64,000 nt of DNA from a virus (Duplodnaviria; Caudoviricetes): IMG/VR virus record IMGVR_UViG_3300011116_001007. The stretch is one strand, 5' to 3'. A program made the translations under genes and the position numbers. The notes below the pieces were generated by a model, which made no database searches, was not told the DNA's origin, and saw only the letters and a program-made list of their open reading frames with translations. This document shows, one piece after another, positions 55,849-63,841 of this stretch (its first letter is position 1; each line of letters starts with the position of its first letter).

Positions 55849-56804
55849 TCAGGTTTGAATCGTTGTGCTATGGGTTGCCATTCTTTGCGTAATTTAATCA
55901 TACTGTTATTTAATCCCTCAGCTGTGTGCTCTTTGGGATTTGTGAACATCATGTTTTCATCAAACTTTTGTTTGGCTTCTCGACTGTTGATGGCAGGTAT
56001 GAAGTTGGCGCGATACCAGTCTTGTATGTCTTTTGGCGTGCCTTTTGGCAGTATAAGATTCCAACAACCATAAATGTTTAGTCCCGGTGCGTAATCTTTC
56101 ATCAATGGTGTTTTTTCCAATCCGTGAATAGGTACTTCACTTGCTAGTCCAATCAACTTCAATTTGCCCGCCGGTACATAAGGATATCCCACTGCCACCG
56201 GAGTCACTCCAAACTCCACATGCCCGCCCATTACATCTAATAGTGCTTGTGCCGGACCTTTGTACATCACAGTTTCTACTCGATCTCCTGACACATTCAA
56301 TTTGCTGGTCAAGTATTCTACTGCTAGTTTGTGTCCGCCGCCACCAATGGCAAAATTGATAGGTCTTTGTTTGGATCGAATTTCATTTATCAATTCTTCA
56401 GGTGTGTTTACTCGGCTACTGGGATGAGCCCAGAACGCCAGCGGGCTTTTGGCAATGTTAGCAATTGGTTCAAATTCAAAAATATTGTATTTGATCAGCT
56501 GTGGATACCATATTTCGGCTGTGACCCATTGACTGTTACAAGCAGGCACCGACACAGTGTGCCCGTCATTGGCCACTGTGTTGAAATAATTAGTGGCGAG
56601 ATTACCGTCAGCACCTGGCCGATAGTCAGATACAAATTTTGCGCCGGTGTTGCGTTCCACGATATCTGCTGCAATTTTAAAACTTATTTCATTGCCCGCA
56701 CCCGGACCGTTTGGATATATCACAGTAATTTGTTTAGTGGGTTCCCAGGCCAATGCCATTGCTGGTAACAAAATCAAAACAGCCAGTATTTTTTTGATGT
56801 GCAT
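55845..56804 (-). CDS. Tripartite tricarboxylate transporter substrate-binding protein (Bug/TctC)
   Basis: Signal peptide, PGAG, RPGADG, YKGPAQALLDVMGGHV, GKLKLIG. Confidence 0.85.
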   Translation of the reverse strand: MHIKKILAVLILLPAMALAWEPTKQITVIYPNGPGAGNEISFKIAADIVERNTGAKFVSDYRPGADGNLATNYFNTVANDGHTVSVPACNSQWVTAEIWYPQLIKYNIFEFEPIANIAKSPLAFWAHPSSRVNTPEELINEIRSKQRPINFAIGGGGHKLAVEYLTSKLNVSGDRVETVMYKGPAQALLDVMGGHVEFGVTPVAVGYPYVPAGKLKLIGLASEVPIHGLEKTPLMKDYAPGLNIYGCWNLILPKGTPKDIQDWYRANFIPAINSREAKQKFDENMMFTNPKEHTAEGLNNSMIKLRKEWQPIAQRFKPE

Positions 56805-56855
56805 AACTTCTCCTTAAATATGTTTGAAATCAAAGTTATTTACCAAAAATTTTAT

Positions 56856-57590
56856 ATGAACACAAAAATTTTCTCCTTAATCACAAAAAATTTGCAGAGT
56901 GCGTTTATTTTGCCCAAGTATAGCAAAATTTCTATTACTGAACATACAGTGGTAGATCAGTTGCCCTGGACACCAGCACGCTACAGCAAGTTCAAAGATG
57001 CTGTGGAAGCTGAACTGGGCTTGAGTTGTGAATATCGCGGCACCTTGAAAGAAATTGTAGCAGACTTGTCAGAACGTTACACACACAGATTCTTTGCTGA
57101 AATTTGGCGGCCGCGCACAGGCGAATATGATCATTCAGGCTGGGCCTTGGTAGACGAAATCAATCAGTTAAATCCACAAAAGGTCCTGGACGTGGGCTGT
57201 GGATATCATCCGTTTAAGGGTCGCATACACAACATCGTCGGCATTGATCCGTACAACGATGCAGCTGATTATGAAGTGGATATCCTGGACTATCGAGTCA
57301 AACCCGAAAGTCACGACGTGATCATTGCACTGGGTTCGATCAACTTCAACTCCAAGGACGAAATTGAACAGCGGTTTGCACACTGCGTGAGTTTGTTAAA
57401 GCCCGGTGGTCGATTCTTTTTGCGGGCCAATCCTGGACTGCTGCACAAAACAGGTCCTTATGTGGATATATTTCCTTGGACATTCGAAATAGTAAATGAA
57501 TTTGCCGAAAAGTACAATCTAAGTCTAGATACCTTTAAGAAAGAACCCACCGAACTGGGGCGTCTTTATTTTGTGTATACCAAAAAGTAA
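56856..57590 (+). CDS. Class I SAM methyltransferase with small helical (ACP-like?) N-terminal domain
   Basis: VLDVGCG, GIDPY, LLKPGG; start at ATG 56856. Confidence 0.7.
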   Translation: MNTKIFSLITKNLQSAFILPKYSKISITEHTVVDQLPWTPARYSKFKDAVEAELGLSCEYRGTLKEIVADLSERYTHRFFAEIWRPRTGEYDHSGWALVDEINQLNPQKVLDVGCGYHPFKGRIHNIVGIDPYNDAADYEVDILDYRVKPESHDVIIALGSINFNSKDEIEQRFAHCVSLLKPGGRFFLRANPGLLHKTGPYVDIFPWTFEIVNEFAEKYNLSLDTFKKEPTELGRLYFVYTKK

Positions 57591-57592
57591 CG

Positions 57593-58228
57593 TTATCTGC
57601 CGGCCGCAGCCAACGCTGCACCGCGGTTGAAACTGTCAGACCAGCTGGCAGCATGAACGTTGCCGCGGGCCTTGGACCAACGATATCCGGCTCTGTGTCC
57701 CGAACAATCTTTGGTGCAAGGGCTTCCTAAGAAACTCAATTCATCCAGTTGCTGTGTGGGCTCCAAGAATGTGGCAGCAAACTGATGGCACAGTTCATGC
57801 AGTTTGCGATTTCTTGTGCATTCGGTGTGAAATCGCTTGTGGCCGACTCGTTGTGTGGGATCTTGATAGCCGCAGTACACTTTGTGTATGCCGTGTTCAT
57901 GCAAGAGATCGGTACAAGGAGCGCCGTCACGTTCGTCCATGTGTTCGCTGCAAGGACTCAGCGTGGTGATCACTATGCTGCCCCTGGGCACAGCGCCAAA
58001 CTGCTGAGTGTAAGCATTGATAGCAGCACGTTCAGCATGCACACGATGACCAGTGTCACTGGGATGATTGATGCTGGCTATGCATTGATTGTCAGGATCC
58101 AGCACCGCAGCAGCCACCATGCCCAGATCAGGATTCTGTTGTTGGCCGCGAATGACCATTTCGCATAACTGTGCAAGTATGCGATCTAGTTTGTCGTGGT
58201 CGTGTATTTGGAAATCTTCAGCTCTCAT
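57593..58228 (-). CDS. Zn-dependent deaminase (RibD/CDA-like) with extra C-terminal Cys module
   Basis: HAE and TLSPC-x11-C; then LDELSFLGSPCTKDCSGHRAGY. Confidence 0.75.
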   Translation of the reverse strand: MRAEDFQIHDHDKLDRILAQLCEMVIRGQQQNPDLGMVAAAVLDPDNQCIASINHPSDTGHRVHAERAAINAYTQQFGAVPRGSIVITTLSPCSEHMDERDGAPCTDLLHEHGIHKVYCGYQDPTQRVGHKRFHTECTRNRKLHELCHQFAATFLEPTQQLDELSFLGSPCTKDCSGHRAGYRWSKARGNVHAASWSDSFNRGAALAAAGR

Positions 58229-58392
58229 TGCATTCGAAATGACATACTGATAGGGATCATTCTGGTGGATCTACGCACTTTGCGTTGTTGACGTTCAGAT
58301 GTTTGCGGCGTTTCAGGACCTGCTGGTGCATCAAGTCGGATGGGCGCACCGGGCAGTGGACGTATAGGGCGGCCATTGGCAGTGCGTTTCAT
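58225..58392 (-). CDS. Possible small basic protein (55 aa)
   Basis: Fills the gap with ATGA overlaps on both sides; no recognisable motif. Confidence 0.35.
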   Translation of the reverse strand: MKRTANGRPIRPLPGAPIRLDAPAGPETPQTSERQQRKVRRSTRMIPISMSFRMQ

Positions 58393-59762
58393 CGTGGTTG
58401 CACCGCTGTGGGCATGTGACGATACTGACGTGGACCATTAGGTGCGGCTGCAGGCGGCGTTGTGACACCGGCCAGTCGACGCATGGCCGCAAGTGAATCT
58501 TCTGCTAATCCTGCTTGTCTCTCGTCTGTGGTGTCGCCGGTGACCTGATATGTTTTTCCATGTACTACAAATGTGTCTTGGTCGGCTTTGATAGCATTCA
58601 TTCTAGCATCAGTGAATACATTGGATTCCGCCATGCCCTGTTGTCCGTATGCAGGATCTTTGTATTTGTCCAGGGCTCGAGGTATATCACGGTTAACTAT
58701 TCGCGCGGCTTTTTTGTTATTGGTTGTGGCCAATCCAGCAGGGCCTTTTATTCTAGCGGGTTGTGCTCGAACGTAATTTCTTAATGTGTCTTTTGAAAGT
58801 TCGTCCAGTTGATCTTCATCCACTTGCTCTGCAGCTTTTCTGAATCCTTTGTTGGGAATCCATCCTGCAATGGGCTTGCACTTGCAACTATCACCAGGGC
58901 ACTTGCAGTTGATCATGCCACATTGGCGACAGCGGTTTTCTTCGCTTTCCTCTATGCTTTCGTTGGGCACACAGTTGCGAACTTGCCCACCATTTTTGCC
59001 TGTTTTGGTGCCTTCGGCATGCTTGCCTGGCCAGCAACGAGTGTAGCCATTGCTGTCTTTCTCGCCCTTTTTAATTTCGTTTAGACTGCCGTGTGTTTGA
59101 CACATGCCACAGTCTTCACACACCATTTCCATTTCAATTGATTCATTGTGCTTCTGTTTACCGGCACAGTGCGCCTTTTGGCTGAAACCTTTGGGGTGGC
59201 TGCAATTGATTGAATTCTTGTACTTTTGACTCCACTCCTCCGCCACACCTTTGACTGGTTTGATGTCAATGATGTCTAGATCATATTCGTTGGCCAATTT
59301 CCATGCTGCTTCAAAGTCAGGAGCGTCAATAGTCATCTTGCCACCTTCACCATGTGATCCACTATGAATCACCAGCCACTTTCGCATGCCTTCCGCCACA
59401 CTTTGTTTGTTGATATCTTTTTGACGCAGACTGTTTTTCATTGTGTCAATCTTCTTGCCTGCACCCACTTGGTCAGCATTGGCATCTTTAGCAGCCTGGT
59501 TGTAGGCACGTTTTCGTTTCTTGAGTTCTGCGTTCTCCGCCACACCTTGCTTGTTTAGATCTTTCAATTTAGCTAGTTTGGCATCATTATCAAACTGTTT
59601 TATGGTAGCAGCATTTATGCCTTTAAAACGTTTGTGACCGCGAGCAAAATTGCCCGCTGCGTCTGCTGCTGCGGCGTCGGCACCTGCGTCAGTTTTGTAT
59701 TTTGTTAATTTTTCGTTGGCTTTTAATAGCCGTTCTTTTTCATCAAATTCTCGTAGTCTCAT
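58389..59762 (-). CDS. CTS-motif multi-module polyprotein
   Basis: MRLREF; short modules separated by GVAE/SVAE/GMAE/GLAE; several Cys-rich modules; C-terminal MRRLAGV. Confidence 0.65.
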   Translation of the reverse strand: MRLREFDEKERLLKANEKLTKYKTDAGADAAAADAAGNFARGHKRFKGINAATIKQFDNDAKLAKLKDLNKQGVAENAELKKRKRAYNQAAKDANADQVGAGKKIDTMKNSLRQKDINKQSVAEGMRKWLVIHSGSHGEGGKMTIDAPDFEAAWKLANEYDLDIIDIKPVKGVAEEWSQKYKNSINCSHPKGFSQKAHCAGKQKHNESIEMEMVCEDCGMCQTHGSLNEIKKGEKDSNGYTRCWPGKHAEGTKTGKNGGQVRNCVPNESIEESEENRCRQCGMINCKCPGDSCKCKPIAGWIPNKGFRKAAEQVDEDQLDELSKDTLRNYVRAQPARIKGPAGLATTNNKKAARIVNRDIPRALDKYKDPAYGQQGMAESNVFTDARMNAIKADQDTFVVHGKTYQVTGDTTDERQAGLAEDSLAAMRRLAGVTTPPAAAPNGPRQYRHMPTAVQPR

Positions 59763-60289
59763 ATCAACCCCGCAATAGATTGTAATGCACGAACATCATC
59801 CTGCACTTCGTGTATGCGCTTGGGAGAAATCCCAGCAGCAATACGCCATTCGTTAAGGTCGCCATTGGTAGTGCGACGATATTCATTTGGCGTCATTGGC
59901 ACTGTTTTTGCAAAAGCTTCTTCTGACCAAGGCCAGTGACGATTTTTGTAGTGTACTGTCCAGTCTTCAGGATCAAATTCTGTTAAGGTGCTGAGATCGT
60001 CCAACAAGATCTGTATGTTCTGTGCTGCTGTGCTGCGTCTGCGTATTTCCACATACACCAAATAGCGTGACGGTTTGATTTCGCCGGGGCTGCGGTCAGC
60101 GTCAATCACAAAGTCGTAGCCCTTTTCAAACCAACCCATCAGGTCCTTGGCAGCTTGTAGATCACGCACAAAGAAGCTGAGCACAATGATGTCTTCATCG
60201 TCGCCCATTTTGCTGGAAAATTCGTCCACATGCATGGTGGGCTTCATGATGCCGTCTAGGTCTTTGTATTGCAGGCCTTCAGCCAGCAT
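59759..60289 (-). CDS. Hypothetical protein
   Basis: Start MLAEGL directly after upstream TAA; C-terminal ALQSIAGLI. Confidence 0.55.
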   Translation of the reverse strand: MLAEGLQYKDLDGIMKPTMHVDEFSSKMGDDEDIIVLSFFVRDLQAAKDLMGWFEKGYDFVIDADRSPGEIKPSRYLVYVEIRRRSTAAQNIQILLDDLSTLTEFDPEDWTVHYKNRHWPWSEEAFAKTVPMTPNEYRRTTNGDLNEWRIAAGISPKRIHEVQDDVRALQSIAGLI

Positions 60290-60290
60290 T

Positions 60291-60869
60291 TTATTGTGGT
60301 TGTGGTTCATTGGAGTTGAGTTCATCTTGTGCTTTCTGACTTTCCTGGTCACTTTGTACAGCATCTTTGTCTAGATCCTCGTCATAAGCAGCATCCAGTT
60401 CGTCCAGATCAATGTCCTGATCTTCCATTTCAATTGAGCCAGTGCGTATGTCATTCATCAAGGCCTTGGGCATGGTGATTGACACCAGCCATACATCTTT
60501 GGTCATTAGTTTGGCTTTGTGTGTGCCTGGAATGTAATCTGAAGGATCAGTGATCTTCACCGGGATCTTTATTTCTTTGCGTTGATATTCCACTTTGCAA
60601 TCAAACGGCAGCAGCCGCCTGGCACCACGTGGATCAGGCATGAGTTTTTCGGGCCACATGAATGTGCATTCCACACGATATTTGCCAATTTCTGGACCAG
60701 CCACAAGTTCGCCGATTTCCCAGTTTTTGAATGCGTACAAATCCACTTCGTCCAGCACACGCTCAAAGTCCAACAGTGTGGTCAAACTGCCGTCGCTCAT
60801 GTAGATGTCGCGGATGTTGTCGGCCACTTGCCAGTAGTCGGTGTGGTCTTTGAAGAGTTCTTTGTCCAT
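60291..60869 (-). CDS. Hypothetical acidic late protein
   Basis: 192 aa; TAAATA at 60875-60880. Confidence 0.6.
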   Translation of the reverse strand: MDKELFKDHTDYWQVADNIRDIYMSDGSLTTLLDFERVLDEVDLYAFKNWEIGELVAGPEIGKYRVECTFMWPEKLMPDPRGARRLLPFDCKVEYQRKEIKIPVKITDPSDYIPGTHKAKLMTKDVWLVSITMPKALMNDIRTGSIEMEDQDIDLDELDAAYDEDLDKDAVQSDQESQKAQDELNSNEPQPQ

Positions 60870-61028
60870 GTGATTATTTATGTGATTAGGATCATAGCTT
60901 GTGATCTCTAGAAACAGTAGCCTGGTCTGTATTTAGTGCCCATATTTCCAATATCACTCAGCACATTTATTAAAATTTGCGGCCGTAAATAGGTTGGTCC
61001 GAGAGGACATTTACTAGGAGAATTTGAT

Positions 61029-61766
61029 TTGAGTAGAAACCGCGCCGTCAAAGCACAAAACAAACGTATGATTCAATCTGTAGAAAACACCATCAGTTTT
61101 AACCCAGTATCTAAGGCGACACCACGTCGCATAGACTTGATCCCTCGCACACGAAATCAAGAACGCTTGGTGTTGGCACTACAAGATAACGATCAACATA
61201 TTGTGGTCACTGCAGGACCTGCAGGCACAGGTAAAACATACTTGGCCATGCAGGCAGCAGTAAAAGCACTTAGAGAAGGAGCATGTGATCGATTGGTAAT
61301 GACTCGCCCAGCAGTGGGAGTAGAAGGGGAACAACACGGTTTCCTCCCCGGCAACCTAGTGGCCAAAATGGAACCATGGACCCGTCCTTTGTTAGACGTC
61401 ATGCGTGAATATTATCGCGCCCAGGACATCGTAGCCATGATAGAAGATCAGGTTGTGGAAATTGCGCCTCTGGCATTCATGCGCGGCCGCACCTTTAAAA
61501 ACTCGTGGATAATAGCAGACGAAATGCAAAATGCAACTCCTGCCCAGGTGAAGATGTTGATGACCCGCATTGGACAAAATTCCAAAATCGTCATAACCGG
61601 CGATGTAGAACAAGCTGATCGAGCAACTGGAGACAACGGTCTATTGGACCTGTGTGAACGATTGCAAAAACGACCAGTGGAGGGAATAGCTGTGTGTGCC
61701 TTAGAAGCTCGTGACGTTCAACGTCACAAGATCATAGGGTCGGTACTAAAATTATACACAAATTAG
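61029..61766 (+). CDS. phoH: PhoH-like ATPase
   Basis: GPAGTGKT, GFLPG, AFMRGRT, DEMQN, GDVEQ; TTG start with AGGAG SD. Confidence 0.95.
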   Translation: MSRNRAVKAQNKRMIQSVENTISFNPVSKATPRRIDLIPRTRNQERLVLALQDNDQHIVVTAGPAGTGKTYLAMQAAVKALREGACDRLVMTRPAVGVEGEQHGFLPGNLVAKMEPWTRPLLDVMREYYRAQDIVAMIEDQVVEIAPLAFMRGRTFKNSWIIADEMQNATPAQVKMLMTRIGQNSKIVITGDVEQADRATGDNGLLDLCERLQKRPVEGIAVCALEARDVQRHKIIGSVLKLYTN

Positions 61767-61817
61767 TAGGCATCTTTAGATATTTTGCAATCAAAATGGG
61801 GCAAGTAAATAGTCATT

Positions 61818-62071
61818 ATGAATTTACTTGCTTCATTTCCTAGAATTGTTGTGGCCTCCTGGGGAAGATCTGGATCTGCCCTGTTGAGTGAAAAAATTGG
61901 GCTTGCACTAGATACACACCCAATGTTTCCAATTCAGAATTAATTAAAAACTACGATGAAGTAAAGAAAGCAATTGAAGTCTATCAACCGGCAATGCAAA
62001 TGGCCACGGAACCATTTAGAAAATTTCAAAACAGCGTTGATATTTCTGAATGCATCAAGCACCGCCAGTGA
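61818..62071 (+). pseudogene. Internally deleted sulfotransferase-like gene remnant
   Basis: 41-aa ORF MNLLASFPRIVVASWGRSGSALLSEK (PAPS-loop-like) joined out of frame to IKNYDEVKKAIEVYQP...HRQ*. Confidence 0.45.
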
Positions 62072-62654
62072 CCAACTGGTAAAATTCTTGCCAGTTTTGT
62101 ACCACGGGTATGCGGGGATTGTGATAATTCTTGTTGTATCCGTGGTACATCAGTACTGAATTCAATCCAAACGTCAATCCAACTTCGGCATTTTCGGCCT
62201 TGTCCTCAAACCACCAACAGCCTGAGTTTTGATATTCTACCAAAGCTTCGTGTTTGTCTGCACCTGTGCCCAAGAACACAAAACGACTGAATGCTGTGTG
62301 GCCAAACAGATTTTGCATGTTGTATTCTCTAGCACGGCCGGCATAAACATCTTGGCTCAAACTGGTGATCAAGTGAAATGTATATCCATGTTGTTCATGC
62401 AATTGCTGTACATATTGTTGAGCATCACGCAATGGATCTAGGTAGCCAATGGCTGCGGATTCATTGAATTGCTTGATACAAGCACGGCCATGATTGAAAC
62501 TCACATCAAAACGTTCGTCTATTAGATATGCGTCAATATTTAATAATCGATGACCATTAACAATCATCCATTGGTCAAATCTTGCAGCCCAGTCCAACAG
62601 CACGCCGTCGGCGTCAACCAGGATCAAGTTGTGTTTGTTCAGGTTTGAATTCAA
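62055..62654 (-). CDS. HAD-superfamily 5'(3')-nucleotidase-like protein
   Basis: DADGVLLDW motif I, LITS, WFEDK; TTG start after GGAG. Confidence 0.7.
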   Translation of the reverse strand: MNSNLNKHNLILVDADGVLLDWAARFDQWMIVNGHRLLNIDAYLIDERFDVSFNHGRACIKQFNESAAIGYLDPLRDAQQYVQQLHEQHGYTFHLITSLSQDVYAGRAREYNMQNLFGHTAFSRFVFLGTGADKHEALVEYQNSGCWWFEDKAENAEVGLTFGLNSVLMYHGYNKNYHNPRIPVVQNWQEFYQLVTGGA

Positions 62655-62655
62655 T

Positions 62656-63555
62656 TTATTCTCCACAATTGTATTGACAAGCTGACTGCTCAATCAAGTT
62701 ATTATAAAATCCAACCACTGCGGATTTTTCTAGTATCTTACTTAATGTAGTATCTTCAATGGCATACTGTTTTTTATTCTTACCAAATTGTGTTTTATAA
62801 TAAAATCGGTGATCCCCTACATAACAGCATGGCGTGTAATGGCCATCAGCTGAAACATAATGTGCATGCCCATTATGACATTTGGGGGTTAATTTGTTTA
62901 TTGTTTGAGACTGTTTCCAATTTTGTTGATTGTGCCATCTTATTCCAATTTGGTTCTCTGCAGGTTTCAGATGCATGGTGACTTCATCAAATCGATCGCT
63001 GTTGGAAATTTGGAATTGATCTATTCCCAAGTCTCGGCTTAGTTGTTTTGCCTGTTCTATATTGTGTTCGTTAAAGGAAAAAGGAATGTATTTCCATTTG
63101 GTTTGGCAAGATGCTGCTGCACAGATTTCAACAGCCGCCTGGATTGTTTCCCAATCACCATTTATCCTGTATTGTGTAAAATTTTCTGGAATACCATCTA
63201 TAGAGAATGTCACACAATCAGCTGCCGAAAGCTCATTCACCAGATTTTCCCACCAACTTTGTTTTCGGTGACTGCCATTTGTAGTGATTGATATGACTGC
63301 GCCGCGGGCTTTAAGATCCTGCACCATTCCTGCCAGGTCCTGGTGATAGATTGGATCACCATAATTACCACACATGTTTATTTCTACATTCTCTAAATCA
63401 AGATCTAGAAACTGCATTAACACTGATCTATCTAGACTGTGATTTTTCCAATGTTTCGGCCATTGATCGATAAATCTAGTTCTGGCACAACCGGGACATT
63501 TTAATGTGCATATATTGGTCGGCTCAAGATGGATACCTTTAACTTGCGGGATCAT
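62656..63555 (-). CDS. Radical SAM/SPASM-twitch protein, paralog of 27914-28954
   Basis: CTLKCPGC, GNYGDP, TTNGS, FSIDG, YVSADGHYTPCCY. Confidence 0.82.
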   Translation of the reverse strand: MIPQVKGIHLEPTNICTLKCPGCARTRFIDQWPKHWKNHSLDRSVLMQFLDLDLENVEINMCGNYGDPIYHQDLAGMVQDLKARGAVISITTNGSHRKQSWWENLVNELSAADCVTFSIDGIPENFTQYRINGDWETIQAAVEICAAASCQTKWKYIPFSFNEHNIEQAKQLSRDLGIDQFQISNSDRFDEVTMHLKPAENQIGIRWHNQQNWKQSQTINKLTPKCHNGHAHYVSADGHYTPCCYVGDHRFYYKTQFGKNKKQYAIEDTTLSKILEKSAVVGFYNNLIEQSACQYNCGE

Positions 63556-63841
63556 TCGCTGCTTTGAGAGAAGTCTCTTTGTAGTCAATCTCATAGCCAT
63601 TTTCTTTGAACAATCGCTCAATGGTACTTTTGTAATGCTGCAGATAATATTCAACAATCCGGTTGAAATCCTTTGGCACAGTGGTACCATTTAGATGTGC
63701 TTTTACCACTTGTAGTTTTTTGAAATCCAATATCACACTGGCTGTTTGAATGTCTCGAGCTCTAATACTGCTGGACACAGCCATGCTCTCGTCCATTTTG
63801 CCATCAGCTTTGGCGTAGTAAGTCAGTATTAGATATCTCAT
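63539..63841 (-). CDS. Hypothetical protein
   Basis: 100 aa, coupled to upstream stop. Confidence 0.55.
   Translation of the reverse strand: MRYLILTYYAKADGKMDESMAVSSSIRARDIQTASVILDFKKLQVVKAHLNGTTVPKDFNRIVEYYLQHYKSTIERLFKENGYEIDYKETSLKAANDPAS

Noticed and set aside
60870-61028. Pho box upstream of phoH
   Set aside because: No convincing 11-bp GTCAT/GTAAY repeat; only TAAATA and a GUCC-GAGA-GGAC hairpin are visible
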